Assembly (NCBI GenBank): GCA_973895155.1
Contig: OZ316892.1
Location: 12,526,238 to 12,590,237 of the forward strand
Length of the DNA: 64,000 bases
Direction: 5' to 3'
Source: Marsupella aquatica
Lineage: Eukaryota; Plantae; Marchantiophyta
The notes under the pieces are model-generated. The model made no database searches, was not told the DNA's origin, and saw only the letters and a program-made list of their open reading frames with translations. The position numbers and the translations under genes were made by a program. This document shows, one piece after another, positions 53,801-64,000 of the stretch. Each line of letters begins with the position of its first letter. The first letter of the stretch is position 1.

Positions 53801-56700
53801 CGTCTAATAACTTCCTCGAGCAGTTTCATAAATAAGTGAGAAAGAATGGCTGACGACAGCAGTTGTCCGTTGGCTTATCTTCCACTCCTCTGGAAACCTT
53901 CTTTCAAGCACGTGAATTTGTTAAGTTGATCTAGACAGATTTGGTTGCCTCACGTTTTTACTTATATACTTCTTTATAACTCATTTCTTTGCTTGATGAT
54001 GCTTCGCAGAGCTTCCCCTCTATTTACTACTAGGTGTACTATGCGGAGGAGTCTCAGTTGCATTAGTAAAAGGCACAGCATATGCTACTACTATGTTTGA
54101 GTCGTTGCAGAAGGCAACCAGTTTACCTGCTGGCTTTCTTCCACCCTTAGGGGGCCTTTCTGTGGGTGTAATCGCTCTAGTGTATCCCGAAGTCCTCTAC
54201 TGGGGTTTTGAGAATGTGGACGTGTTACTGGAGTCACACTTGCCTTGGATTCAGGGTCCTCCAGCCATCTTGCTTCTTCAGTTAGTCGGAGCAAAACTGG
54301 TTGCAACTTCCCTATGTCGTGGCTCTGGTTTAGTGGGTGGAGTGTATGCACCATCGCTCTTCATTGGAGCTGCACTGGGCTCAGCATATGGTAGTCTGGC
54401 AAGCTATGCATCGACAAATGCTGATCCGAAGTGGCATCTGGATGTTCTCCAGGTTGCAGCACCTCAAGCCTATGCCCTGGTGAGAGCTTTTACTTCGTCA
54501 AAGTGTTAATTTAGAGTCTCCTACTTAACTTCATCATCTTTTACAGTGGTCACTCTAGTTTCTTCTCTACCTCTAAGACCATCCGTGGTTCTTGCATTGA
54601 ATGGTATTTCTCTTTTGCTAAGAAGTCCCCTGCAATGCTCTTTCTTCAGGTCTCAATTTCTTAAGTCTGACATCTCTTATGGTGTTATGCAATCAGGTTG
54701 GTATGGCAGCTACCTTGGCTGGTGTGTGCCAAGTGCCCTTCACCTCTGTTCTATTGTTATTTGAACTCACTCGAGATTACCGTATCATCTTACCTCTGAT
54801 GGGAGCAGTTGGTCTTTCATCTTGGGTTGCATCCACAGTTCAGAGGAACAGGACAAAAACAGTTGTCAAAATGGAAGCCTCACCCACTTCAGTTGATGGT
54901 GCTTCTAAGACAAAAAATTGGGCAGCACCGGGGTTCCAAACCTTGGATACAGTGTTGATACCAAACTCTAAGCAGCCATCATCTGATGCGGCCCTTCTCA
55001 GTCGCGGAGATGTTTCTGGAGAGACAGACCTTTGCAGTTTAGAAGATACATTGTGCTTGACAAACCTCGAGGTCAGTGAAGACCGATTGACTGATGAAAT
55101 TCTCGTCATATCTGCAATGAGGACGAGATATCTAGCATTGCCTGGAGAGACCTCTTTGAGAGAAGCCATGTCTAAGATGCTGGCAGAGAAGGAGTGGTGT
55201 GTGCTCATTATGAATCAAGACAAACATCTTGCGGGTCTCTTGACATTGTCAGATATTCAACGGGAAGCAGAAAAGGCAAAACCGAGCGGGCTTGTGCAGG
55301 AGGTCTGTATTCCTATCTCTAGAATTTTTAGAAATCAATTAGGTGCAGTGCACCTTTTGTTTCGAGAAGATCCATGGTAGATTCATGGTCCACTGTGGAG
55401 ATTAGACCAAAATGGCATTCTTTTGGCCACTGCATCCAGTTTAGAAGAAACTTTGTGTGGTTCATATGAAATTCAAGATCATTTGAAAATACTGACTACG
55501 TGCATTTTGGCAGCTGTGGAAAAAACATATTTCAACTCTCTGCAGGAGCGTATCTTCCAGCGGGGAAATTCAGGTAGTAACCGTTTTTCCAGATATGACT
55601 TTGAAGGCGGCTCAGCGATTGATGGCAGGCAGAGGTTTACGGCAGATTCCAGTGGTCGCCCGGAGTAAAGATACCCAGGGTAGAGGAAGTGGCAAGTTTA
55701 TTCTTGGGATACTTGACAGAGAAGGCATCAAGCTAGCTTGCAGGTATACTCTTTTCTTCAGTTCAATGGATCTCTGTCCATGTCTAGCGGCCTTCATCCG
55801 TCGCATATTTTTTGTCTGCTTTGGTGAGAACCTGGAGAGAAATATTGTACAGTTATATTTTACCCACTTCAGTTTTACTGTACTGTTGAAGAAATGTTTC
55901 CTAAAGCCTTTCAGACCCCGCGTCCTGGACAAATGGGGCTAAGAAAAGGGATGGGTAGACTCACTTCTGTAGTGTGAAGACTTACCAAAGATATTGTTAG
56001 CACTGAGTTGCCAGGTTTTGACCATGACTGCACAAAACCATGAACATCAACCAGTGACCCCAGATCGCGTTACTGATTCGGCGGCTTTGTTTATAACTCC
56101 CATTTGCTGAACTGCTGTAAGGCGTTTTCCGATACCTTATCTGCCTTCTGTTCCAGTAACTCCATCCACTCCGCCTCATATGGCTTGCAATCAAGCAGAC
56201 CGTGGACCACTCCACCTCCAGCCCACCACGCAGGAAGCGAAAACCATCCACGAACCTCCTATCACTGCCCTGTAAATTGTAAACCTGCACTTTCTATGCT
56301 AAATCTCTATATCAGCCGGGTACGAGCCAATCCATAGATGAATCCCTGAACTCCAATGCGTCCAGAACCTTAAAGAACAATATGAATTCTGTCCTACACT
56401 ACCTCAAATTGGCATCTCGTTCGGAATGGGTGTGGAAGTTAACGTCGGGAACAGACGGACAATCTCATGTCGTACCCAGACGAATTCATTGAGATAAATC
56501 TGAAAGTAATGAAACCAATTGAAAAATCACTCATGGTCAATTTCCTTGAAGCCACTGAAAAAACGAAAAAACGAAAACCAAAAAACGTACTAATGCATGC
56601 CTATTGCAACTGCAGGGCTGAAGCAACCAGAAGGTTGTTATTTTTCCGTGAACCGTTGAATGGTCAATATGGTTCAGATGAAACAGATGTATCTTCATAG
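50888..56700 (+). CDS. CLCe: CLC anion channel, CLC-e (thylakoid) type, with C-terminal CBS domains; 7 exons
   Basis: Exons 50888-51664, 52044-52437, 52823-53020, 54010-54479, 54697-55302, 55514-55743, 56616-56700. Motifs LGTGSSLGPEGPSVEIGASIA, GFNAAVAGCFFAVESVL, GLVGGVYAPSLFIG, LLFELTRDY. FFAVES lacks the proton glutamate, as in CLC-e. Start codon uncertain (long N-terminal extension). Confidence 0.92.
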
Positions 56701-58297
56701 CTCTGGTAAGCGTTCATATATAATTTTGTCACGAGTGAGAGCATGCTCTTGGAGAGTTCAATGGCTTTTCCATTAAAAACTCAGGATTGTACTAACGGGT
56801 AGAAATGCACAACAACGGCATGTAATCTATATGTTTGATTGATCAGTGATTTGTGCTGTTTTGTTGTGTAGCACGGGTTTCCGGTATCTGCTGGATAGAA
56901 TTCTTTTGGGGGGTTGGATACAATAATTCATCCCATGATCAAAGATTTTCACGACAGGCACAAACTAGGGTAAATGACAGCTTATTATTTTTGCTATTTA
57001 ATTAAGAAGTCATGGGGGCATAACCCTGTCTGCCTTCCGAGAATTGGGCAGATGTGAAAACTTCTTTCCATTGAACTCATCTCTTAGGTGAATCAAGTTT
57101 TCAAAAATGAAATACGTCCCATTTTGCTTGACTTTTGTCGGGTTACTGTAGTGGAGATAGTAGAAGTGTTCTGACCATATTTCGGGACACCCTGCTATGC
57201 AGACCACTCAGCATCTTACTGAATGGCAACGGGGAATGCATATCAAAGGTGGCGTGATTTTGGAGGATCGTGGAAGGGAGTATTTTTAGTAGATAATCTC
57301 AGGACTTTAGGAGTAGAAATTTACAAGACCTCGGGGATATTAGCAAAAATCCTCGAAATCTGTCTAAAAGAGGAATCTGCACTGTAAAGATCTGGCCTAG
57401 TTTAGATGATTACTCAGCATAGGCTGACAACCCACTCAAGAAGTGTGTACCATTATTTTTTATTCTTTCCACATTTTCTTGAGAAGAATGCTGTCTGATT
57501 TTCATTCGTCAAAATGTGGATGACGGTCCATGATAGACACGGAGGGGCAGACGACATCCACTACTTTCTCGAAAGGTTACTTGGATGCCCCAATTATTGC
57601 TTGCGTTTTTATATTCAAACGATAAACGTCACAGCTCTTGTAGATAATTCACATGATTATGTAATAAGCAGTAACCAGTCTACCCTCCTTCACATGAGGT
57701 AACGGCACAACTCTGATGTAATCTAGAGTGGCTTACCTCCTCTGTACTCGAGAGTTCTGCGAGGATGTTGCTACGCCACTCTGACTTCCAAATCTCATTC
57801 TCACCGAGGGGTGATTCGCTTAACTGATGGACCCTTTATCCCCCTTGTTGCAGCAAGAGTGGAAAACCTGACAGCAGGTTGTTCGACGCGGATTTCGAAA
57901 CACGTACGAAGGATTCGAGCAGAAGAGATACAGATCGGTTCTGAAATGGACTGTGAACTTCCAAATCAATGTTGATACTCAAAAGCTTGTGACAGCTACA
58001 GAAGCTACAGTACTTGGGCTCCCTACCGTGCTGTACAGTAAGGTGAGAACTGCTTTTTGTGGCAGTCTTTGCTAAGCAGAATATGGTGACTCGATTGAGT
58101 GCACACTACTGCACACCCAGGTTACGGCTGTGGTGCACTGTGCACTCCATGCGTCAACCCAACACTAGAAAACGCGTTTATCACACTGCCAACGACGAAA
58201 GACGCCCAAAGGGAGGAGACCCAGCAGAGGGAGGAAAAATGAAAAATGTTAGTTGATGACCCCATATGAGGTTTTGGGTAGATTTAAGGTCTATTAC

Positions 58298-58720
58298 TCA
58301 TGGGGTGTCAAGTAACACTTGTCATTTTGACCCAGCAAACAAAGGGGTCTCGTAATAGCACATGAAAATATGATATGCAGTCTACAGTGGATAAATGCAG
58401 CGTGTATAAGTGCATTTTGTGGATAGCTGCAGGTCCCCCAATATTACTACATTTTTCTTTGTTAATGCACCTAAAAACTCATGGAGTGTCAAGTAACACT
58501 TGTCATTTTGACCCAGCAAACAAAGCAGTCTTGTAATTGCACATCAAAATATGATATACAGACTACCGTGGATAAATGCAGTGTGTATAAGTGCATTTCG
58601 CTATACAGTCTACCGTGGATAAATGCAGCGTGTATAAGTGCATTTCGTGGATAGGTGCAGGTCGGTTATGTAGTCCCCCAATATTACTACATTTTTGTTT
58701 GTTAATGCACCAAAAAATGC
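58298..58720 (+). repeat. Tandem duplication of about 180 bp with an internal sub-repeat of about 48 bp
   Basis: tcatgg.gtgtcaagtaacacttgtcattttgacccagcaaac at 58298 and 58478; ctac(a/c)gtggataaatgcag(c/t)gtgtataagtgcattt occurs three times. Confidence 0.9.
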
Positions 58721-61039
58721 ACAGTGTGTCAGTGCAAGTAGTCATCACTAGAAAACAAATGCATAAGCGCATTTCCATCTATAAGAGTGCACATGCGTTA
58801 ATCAATTACTGCAACATATGTGCTAGAAGCATTAATTGACAAGTGCAGTGGACAACTACACGCGGTGAATCGTGGAGTATGAGGATTCCAGGTTTGAGGA
58901 GTCCGATGCATATGACCTGACAAGACACTTCAGCACTGCATAAGTGATTTCACATGCACTTATTGAAAATTGCAACACGCACATACGGATACATGCATAA
59001 ATAATGCCATGCACATATGACATAGTGCATAATGTGGATAAGTGCAGGCTTAGGGTGTTCCCGAGAGCCTGCATTTAGACACCATAGACTGTATAGGGTG
59101 TATGACCCCGGTCATTGCACATGATAATATATGGTGTTGCACATGTGTGGCACATCAAGATATGATAATATATGGTATTTGCCACATCATGTATTACTCC
59201 ATACCATGCAAAACCCAATTATTATGTCTAAATCATATGTTGTCACATTTTGATAACGTGATAAACACAATTATTCTGTTTAAATCATATGTTGGCTCAA
59301 TTTGATACCATGGTAAGCCCCAATTATTCTGTTTAGATCATTTAGTGTACATCATATTATTGTCACATTTTCACGTGCAATTACCAGGACGCATTAGTGA
59401 AAGGGGAAAATGCAAGAAACAAAAACCAAAAGGTGCCCACCGCCCAAAGGGAGGAGACCAAGTGAGTGGGAGGAAACAAGAATATCGACCAAAGAGCCAA
59501 AAAGCCACAAAGTAAAAGCACCATGATTTACACAAAAGGGAATAAACAAAGTACAATGAAAGGAAAGCAATGAAAAGAGATCCAAAGAGGACAAACACCA
59601 AACATAAATAAAGGTGCAAATGCAACCTGGAGAACCAAAAAAGAAGAAGGACAGAAAATTAAATTAAATTTTGCTATCACTTCCAAGAGTACTCCACATC
59701 TGCAAACAAATATTTATAACCCCATTGAATCACAAGCCTGGTAAAGCTCTAGGGTAAGTGCAAAGGAGAGTCACCAAGGGGGAATTTGACTAAGCAAGAG
59801 GAATTTGACTGAGAGCCCTAAAACCAACAGCCTCGACCCTAGCAGAATAGTGATTGTGTGAGCACTCTGAAGTGCAACAGTGTATTAGTTATCTAAAGAA
59901 GACTGTGAGGACACAAAGAGGAAAGAAAGTCTTAAAGGAAAACATCAAAGATACCATGTAAAATTAAACAAGCAAGTGGGTAGAGTCACTAGAGGTACTT
60001 TTAGGGTGGCTTTACAAGAAGTTGAGGGCACATTAGAGTTTCCATAAAGTCGGGCCCTAGGGGCAAGTGGCCTGCAATTCTGTCTGAAATCTGGGCATGA
60101 GTGGCGAGTGGCCCTCACTATGCCTAAAAGTGAAGGTGAAACCCTGTTTGGTCCCCTGGCAGTGTACATGGGGTGAGACTAGAGACAAAATTGATTTTGT
60201 TGTGTGAGGAAGGTCACAAAATCAGACTTGCCTTCTGTTCCGCCAAACCCGGATGGGAGGATTGTTTTGGGCTCACGTTGCTGCGCATGGCCATGGGGGG
60301 GCGGAGAGCATCTCACCAAAAAATTTCTGGGTTTATTATTTTTTAAGGAGACTTTACAGTAACTGAATATTAGGCCCAAAAAGTATTGTCGGTACTATTC
60401 ACCCATAGAGTTTGTCGAAATCTCTATTGCTTCTTTTTGTTCTCTTTGATATTAAATTAATTTGTGCTGAATGATGAGTCAAAACAGCTGTAATTGGCTT
60501 TACGAGAACTCTGGGGCCGATTAGGTACACTGCCTACCAATCTTGGAGTGCTTATTTTGTCTGTAAATTTTCACCACCTCCAGAGGCCCGTCCAAAACAT
60601 TTAAATTTTGGCTCGTTCATTCAAGGTATTGATTTTTAATGAGCTTCATGGCAAAAGATTGTTGGTATGGAGTCTATCTTTAGAACCAGTTTGCTTCAGT
60701 GAAAAACAATTGACAAGTGCCCCCACCTCTTGGAACGCCAAACCTAACATAACCAGAGACGCGGAGTGAGCCAAAGCATCTACTTCACTTTGGGTGTAAA
60801 AGGGAGATTCACTGTACATAACCATGAAAAGGTGGGGTGTGAGCCAAAGTCTCCAAGCCTAACCTAGCGCCCACTCTGGGCTTTGGCAAATAAAAAACAA
60901 TATAAATAAATAAATATATATAAAAGTATATATACACTTTTGTATCACAATCAAAGAGACTTTACTATAGATCACAACCAAGAGAAAGAGCCGGCCATCA
61001 AAGTAGCGCTCGTGCATTTTGGAAAGACGCTTACAGGGT

Positions 61040-61505
61040 GCATGATTTCAAGAAGGATTAAGATCTACGGCGTTTAGATAAGAATGAAGGGTGCAGATCT
61101 GACGAGACAGCCGGATTTAACGTGAGGAGCGATGCATGATCGAGGAGGATCAAGTAGTCTACGTTACGTAAACAAGATGAAGGGTGCGGATCTGACGGGA
61201 CATCCAAATAATGTAAGGAGCAATTCATGCTTCTCGCATTAGGTGTGAAGTCCACGTTTAGACCAGAATGAAGGGCGCAGATGCGACGAGACAGCCAAAC
61301 AATGTGAACAGTCATTCATGATTTCGAGGAGGATCAAGTAGTCTACTACCTTAAGTCCAGAATCAACGGCACGGATGCGACGAGACACCCAAACAAAGTG
61401 AGGGGCGATTCATGATTTCGAGGAAGATCAATTAGTCTACGGCGTTCGGTCCAGAATGAAGGGCGCGGATGCGACGAGACAGCCAAATAATGTGAGGATC
61501 GATTA
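61040..61505 (+). repeat. Minisatellite, about 93-bp period, 5 units
   Basis: gaatgaagggcgc(a/g)gatgcgacgagacagccaaa...gattcatgatttcgaggaggatcaagtagtctac with unit starts near 61083, 61177, 61266, 61360 and 61454. Confidence 0.9.
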
Positions 61506-61644
61506 CGTGTGTGGTGTCGTAAAAGTCTCGATAATGGATGCGAATCTGACTATGCAGGAAATAATGTGTGACCAAAGTAAAGAACGCCAACAGCGAACAC
61601 GACTGTCACGACGTTCAAGCAGCACGGTCGTGAGACGCACGTAC

Positions 61645-62145
61645 GACTGCGTTCCCTCCTTTCACAGTACTGTAGTCCAGTGAGTGAGTGAGTGAGTGAG
61701 TGGGTAGGAAGGAGAGCAAAGAAACGAACGACTGCGTTCCCTCCTTTCGCACTACTACTGTAGTCCAGTGCCAGAGAGTGAGTCGGAAGAAAAGCAAAGA
61801 AACGAAAAAGACTGCGTTCGGTCCTTTCGCAGTACTGTAGTCCAGTGAGTGAATGAGTGGGTTGGAAGGAAATCAAAGAAACGGACGACTGCGTTTGGTC
61901 CTTTCGCAGGAGTACTGTAGTCGAGTGCAGAGAGTGAGTCGGAAGAAAAGCAAAGAAACGGACGACTGCGTTCGGTCCTTTCGCGGTACTGGAGTCCAGT
62001 GAGTGAGTGGGTCGGAAGGAAACCAAAGACGACTGCGTTCGCTCGTTTCGCTCCTTTCGCAGTAGTACTACTGTAGTCCAGTCCAGTCCACTCCAGTCCA
62101 GAGAGTGAGTGAAGGAGTGAGTCGGAAGGAAAGCAAAGAAACGCT
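61645..62145 (+). repeat. Minisatellite, 6 units of 67-110 bp with alternating A/B variants, upstream of PITP
   Basis: gactgcgtt...tcctttc(a/g)c..tact(g)(t/g)agtc.agtg...ggaag...aaaga at 61645, 61730, 61810, 61887, 61964 and 62031. Confidence 0.95.
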
Positions 62146-62922
62146 CGTCTCGAATTTAACATGCGTTGAGAGATGAAACAACGAACTCGCACTCACTGAA
62201 CGAGAGCGATGCGGCGCGAATATTCTGGGCGCATTGAGGCAGGCGGTGGTCGTCGCGCCTCATGAGGTGAAGGAGGCCACCCCGATCGGCAATTATTATC
62301 GTCGTAGCTGGCATCGGAAGGCGGAGGTTGGAGTCGTGAAAGAATTGCTTTGGGTCTAAAAATTCTAGAAGCAGATCGGTGAGCAGCTCGTCGAGGTGGA
62401 ACGATCGGGTTTGAACATACTCGATCGATGTACAGGCGAGGTCTTGTTCGCATGTTTTGTGGTGGAATAGAGAGAGAGAAAGAGCGATCGGAAATCGAGG
62501 AATTGCATGTTGCGACTTGTGCTAATTGAACGCTGCCGATAAAAGGGGACGCTGTGGTCGGTTGTACTGAAGAGAAGTGTAGGAGCTTGGACGACTGAAA
62601 CTTGTGAAGGCTGGAGATAGCTGGCATTGCAATCAAGAGGACGACTATTGGTCACAGTGGCAATGCTCGTGAGGGCGAGCTTAACCAGCGGTTGGGAACG
62701 GGACTCCGATGGTTCTTCGGGGTGCTCTGGAGAGACTGGAGGATCTTTTCGGCTTCGAACATGTCCGTATGCTAGAGCCACAAATAATGGATGATGATAC
62801 TCACATATCTTGCTTTAGACGAAATGTGGGAATGATGGAGGATTGGGAAAACTGTTACAAGTACTCGTGGATAGAAGGTTGAATTAGGATTGGAAAGGCG
62901 TCCGTCACCTGCTGCCAAGACC

Positions 62923-64000
62923 ATGGTCTTGACTCATGAATATCGAGTCCCGCTCCCTTTCAATGTTGAGGAATATGAGATTGCGCAACTGTATATGGTG
63001 GCAAAATATAGTGCTAGTGAGTCATCTGGTGACAATGGAGACGGCGTCGAAATTTTGAAGAACGAACCATTTGAAGACAGCACCCGGAGAGGGCAATACA
63101 CGCACAAGGTGTATCATCTAGCAAGCAAACTTCCAGGATGGTTGGTCAGTCTTTTGCCGAAGAAAGCACTCATTCTCGAAGAAGAGGCTTGGAATGCGTA
63201 CCCGCATTGCACCACAATTTTGAAATGCCCTTTCCTGAACAAGTTCAAGCTCATTCTCAACTCCACGCACCTTGCCGACAGAGGCACCACCGAGAACGCT
63301 CTCCAATTGGATCCCAAAACTCTCAAAAAGCGGCAGGTTGAGTACATCGACATTGCCATGGACCAGCCGGAGAAGTATGTCAAGGAGGAGGATCCTACGC
63401 TGTTCCGTTCAAAGAAAACTGGGAGAGGACCCCTCCTCCAAAGCTGGCAGGATGATTGTGAGCCGGTAATGTGTGCATACAAGCTTGTCACGGTGGACGT
63501 GCCTTACTGGGGATTCGGTTCCAGGATTGAGAAATTCATTGCAAAAAGTGCACAGCGCAAGATCTTACTTGAGGGCCATCGCAAATGCTTCTGCTGGGTC
63601 GACGAATGGTTCGGAAAAACCATGGCCGATATTCGTAAGATGGAGCATGAAACGGCTGAGGCTATCAAACGAGCCCGAACGATGGCTCTAACCCGTGCCA
63701 ATGGGTTTGACGATCACGACGGTCTGGCCGCGGGTAAGCATGATGCCGTAGGGGCTCCTCTTGGCATTCCTGATCCGATTCTCGTCGAGTCATCATCAGC
63801 GATTCATCGCGAGCCAAGCCATACCGGGACACCTCGTTTAAAGGTATCTCCACTCAAATGTAGTACGGGACATAGGCCGAGCCTCAGTCTCGCGGGACCA
63901 CCGTCATTCTCTGGCGGTACAACAACAGCGTTGTCGTCGGAACCCGATCAAGTGAGCAACTTCAGTCTCGGCGGACCCGCAGCACCTCCCCAGGCGACGC
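62923..64000 (+). CDS. Phosphatidylinositol transfer protein, START-like PITP family (IP_trans), intronless in the visible part, incomplete at 3' end
   Basis: Open frame from ATG 62923 to the window end: MVLTHEYRVPLPFNVEEYEIAQLYMVAK...GDGVEILKNEPF...GQYTHKVYHLASKLPGW...EEAWNAYP...DPTLFRSKKTGRGPL...MCAYKLV...GHRKCFCWVDEW, followed by a low-complexity tail. In-frame stops lie upstream of the ATG. Confidence 0.93.
   Translation, partial: MVLTHEYRVPLPFNVEEYEIAQLYMVAKYSASESSGDNGDGVEILKNEPFEDSTRRGQYTHKVYHLASKLPGWLVSLLPKKALILEEEAWNAYPHCTTILKCPFLNKFKLILNSTHLADRGTTENALQLDPKTLKKRQVEYIDIAMDQPEKYVKEEDPTLFRSKKTGRGPLLQSWQDDCEPVMCAYKLVTVDVPYWGFGSRIEKFIAKSAQRKILLEGHRKCFCWVDEWFGKTMADIRKMEHETAEAIKRARTMALTRANGFDDHDGLAAGKHDAVGAPLGIPDPILVESSSAIHREPSHTGTPRLKVSPLKCSTGHRPSLSLAGPPSFSGGTTTALSSEPDQVSNFSLGGPAAPPQAT

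Noticed and set aside
55744-56615. Last CLC intron (GTATACTC) as U12-type
   Set aside because: The donor deviates from GTATCCTT and the branch site is U2-like ACTAAT.
26590-62145. Tandem arrays (26590, 36798, 48299, 49855, 61040, 61645) as CRISPR arrays
   Set aside because: Whole units are repeated with no unique spacers, there are no cas genes, and the context is eukaryotic.

Overview
Eukaryotic, intron-containing nuclear DNA from a land plant. Gene style and content suggest a non-seed plant such as a liverwort, but that is inference. Five protein genes are recognisable: the first exon of an XRN3/XRN2-type exoribonuclease (minus strand, runs off the left end), a 9-exon YTH-domain m6A reader (ECT/YTHDF type), a plastid class I fructose-bisphosphate aldolase, a CLC-e-type anion channel, and an intronless START-like (animal-type) phosphatidylinositol transfer protein that runs off the right end and is missing from the ORF track. 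The YTH gene's first intron has a clear U12 (minor spliceosome) signature. The CpG-poor intergenic blocks contain two solo-LTR-like copies with perfect 5-bp TSDs (one carrying a nested element), a MULE-type MITE, a hAT-like MITE, a Helitron-type 3' end, LINE remnants, a mitochondrial LSU rRNA fragment (NUMT) and many minisatellites. A TACTGTA/TACAGTA motif recurs near the edges of the CpG-rich gene islands. There is no CRISPR array or prokaryotic system. All exon boundaries were read by eye.
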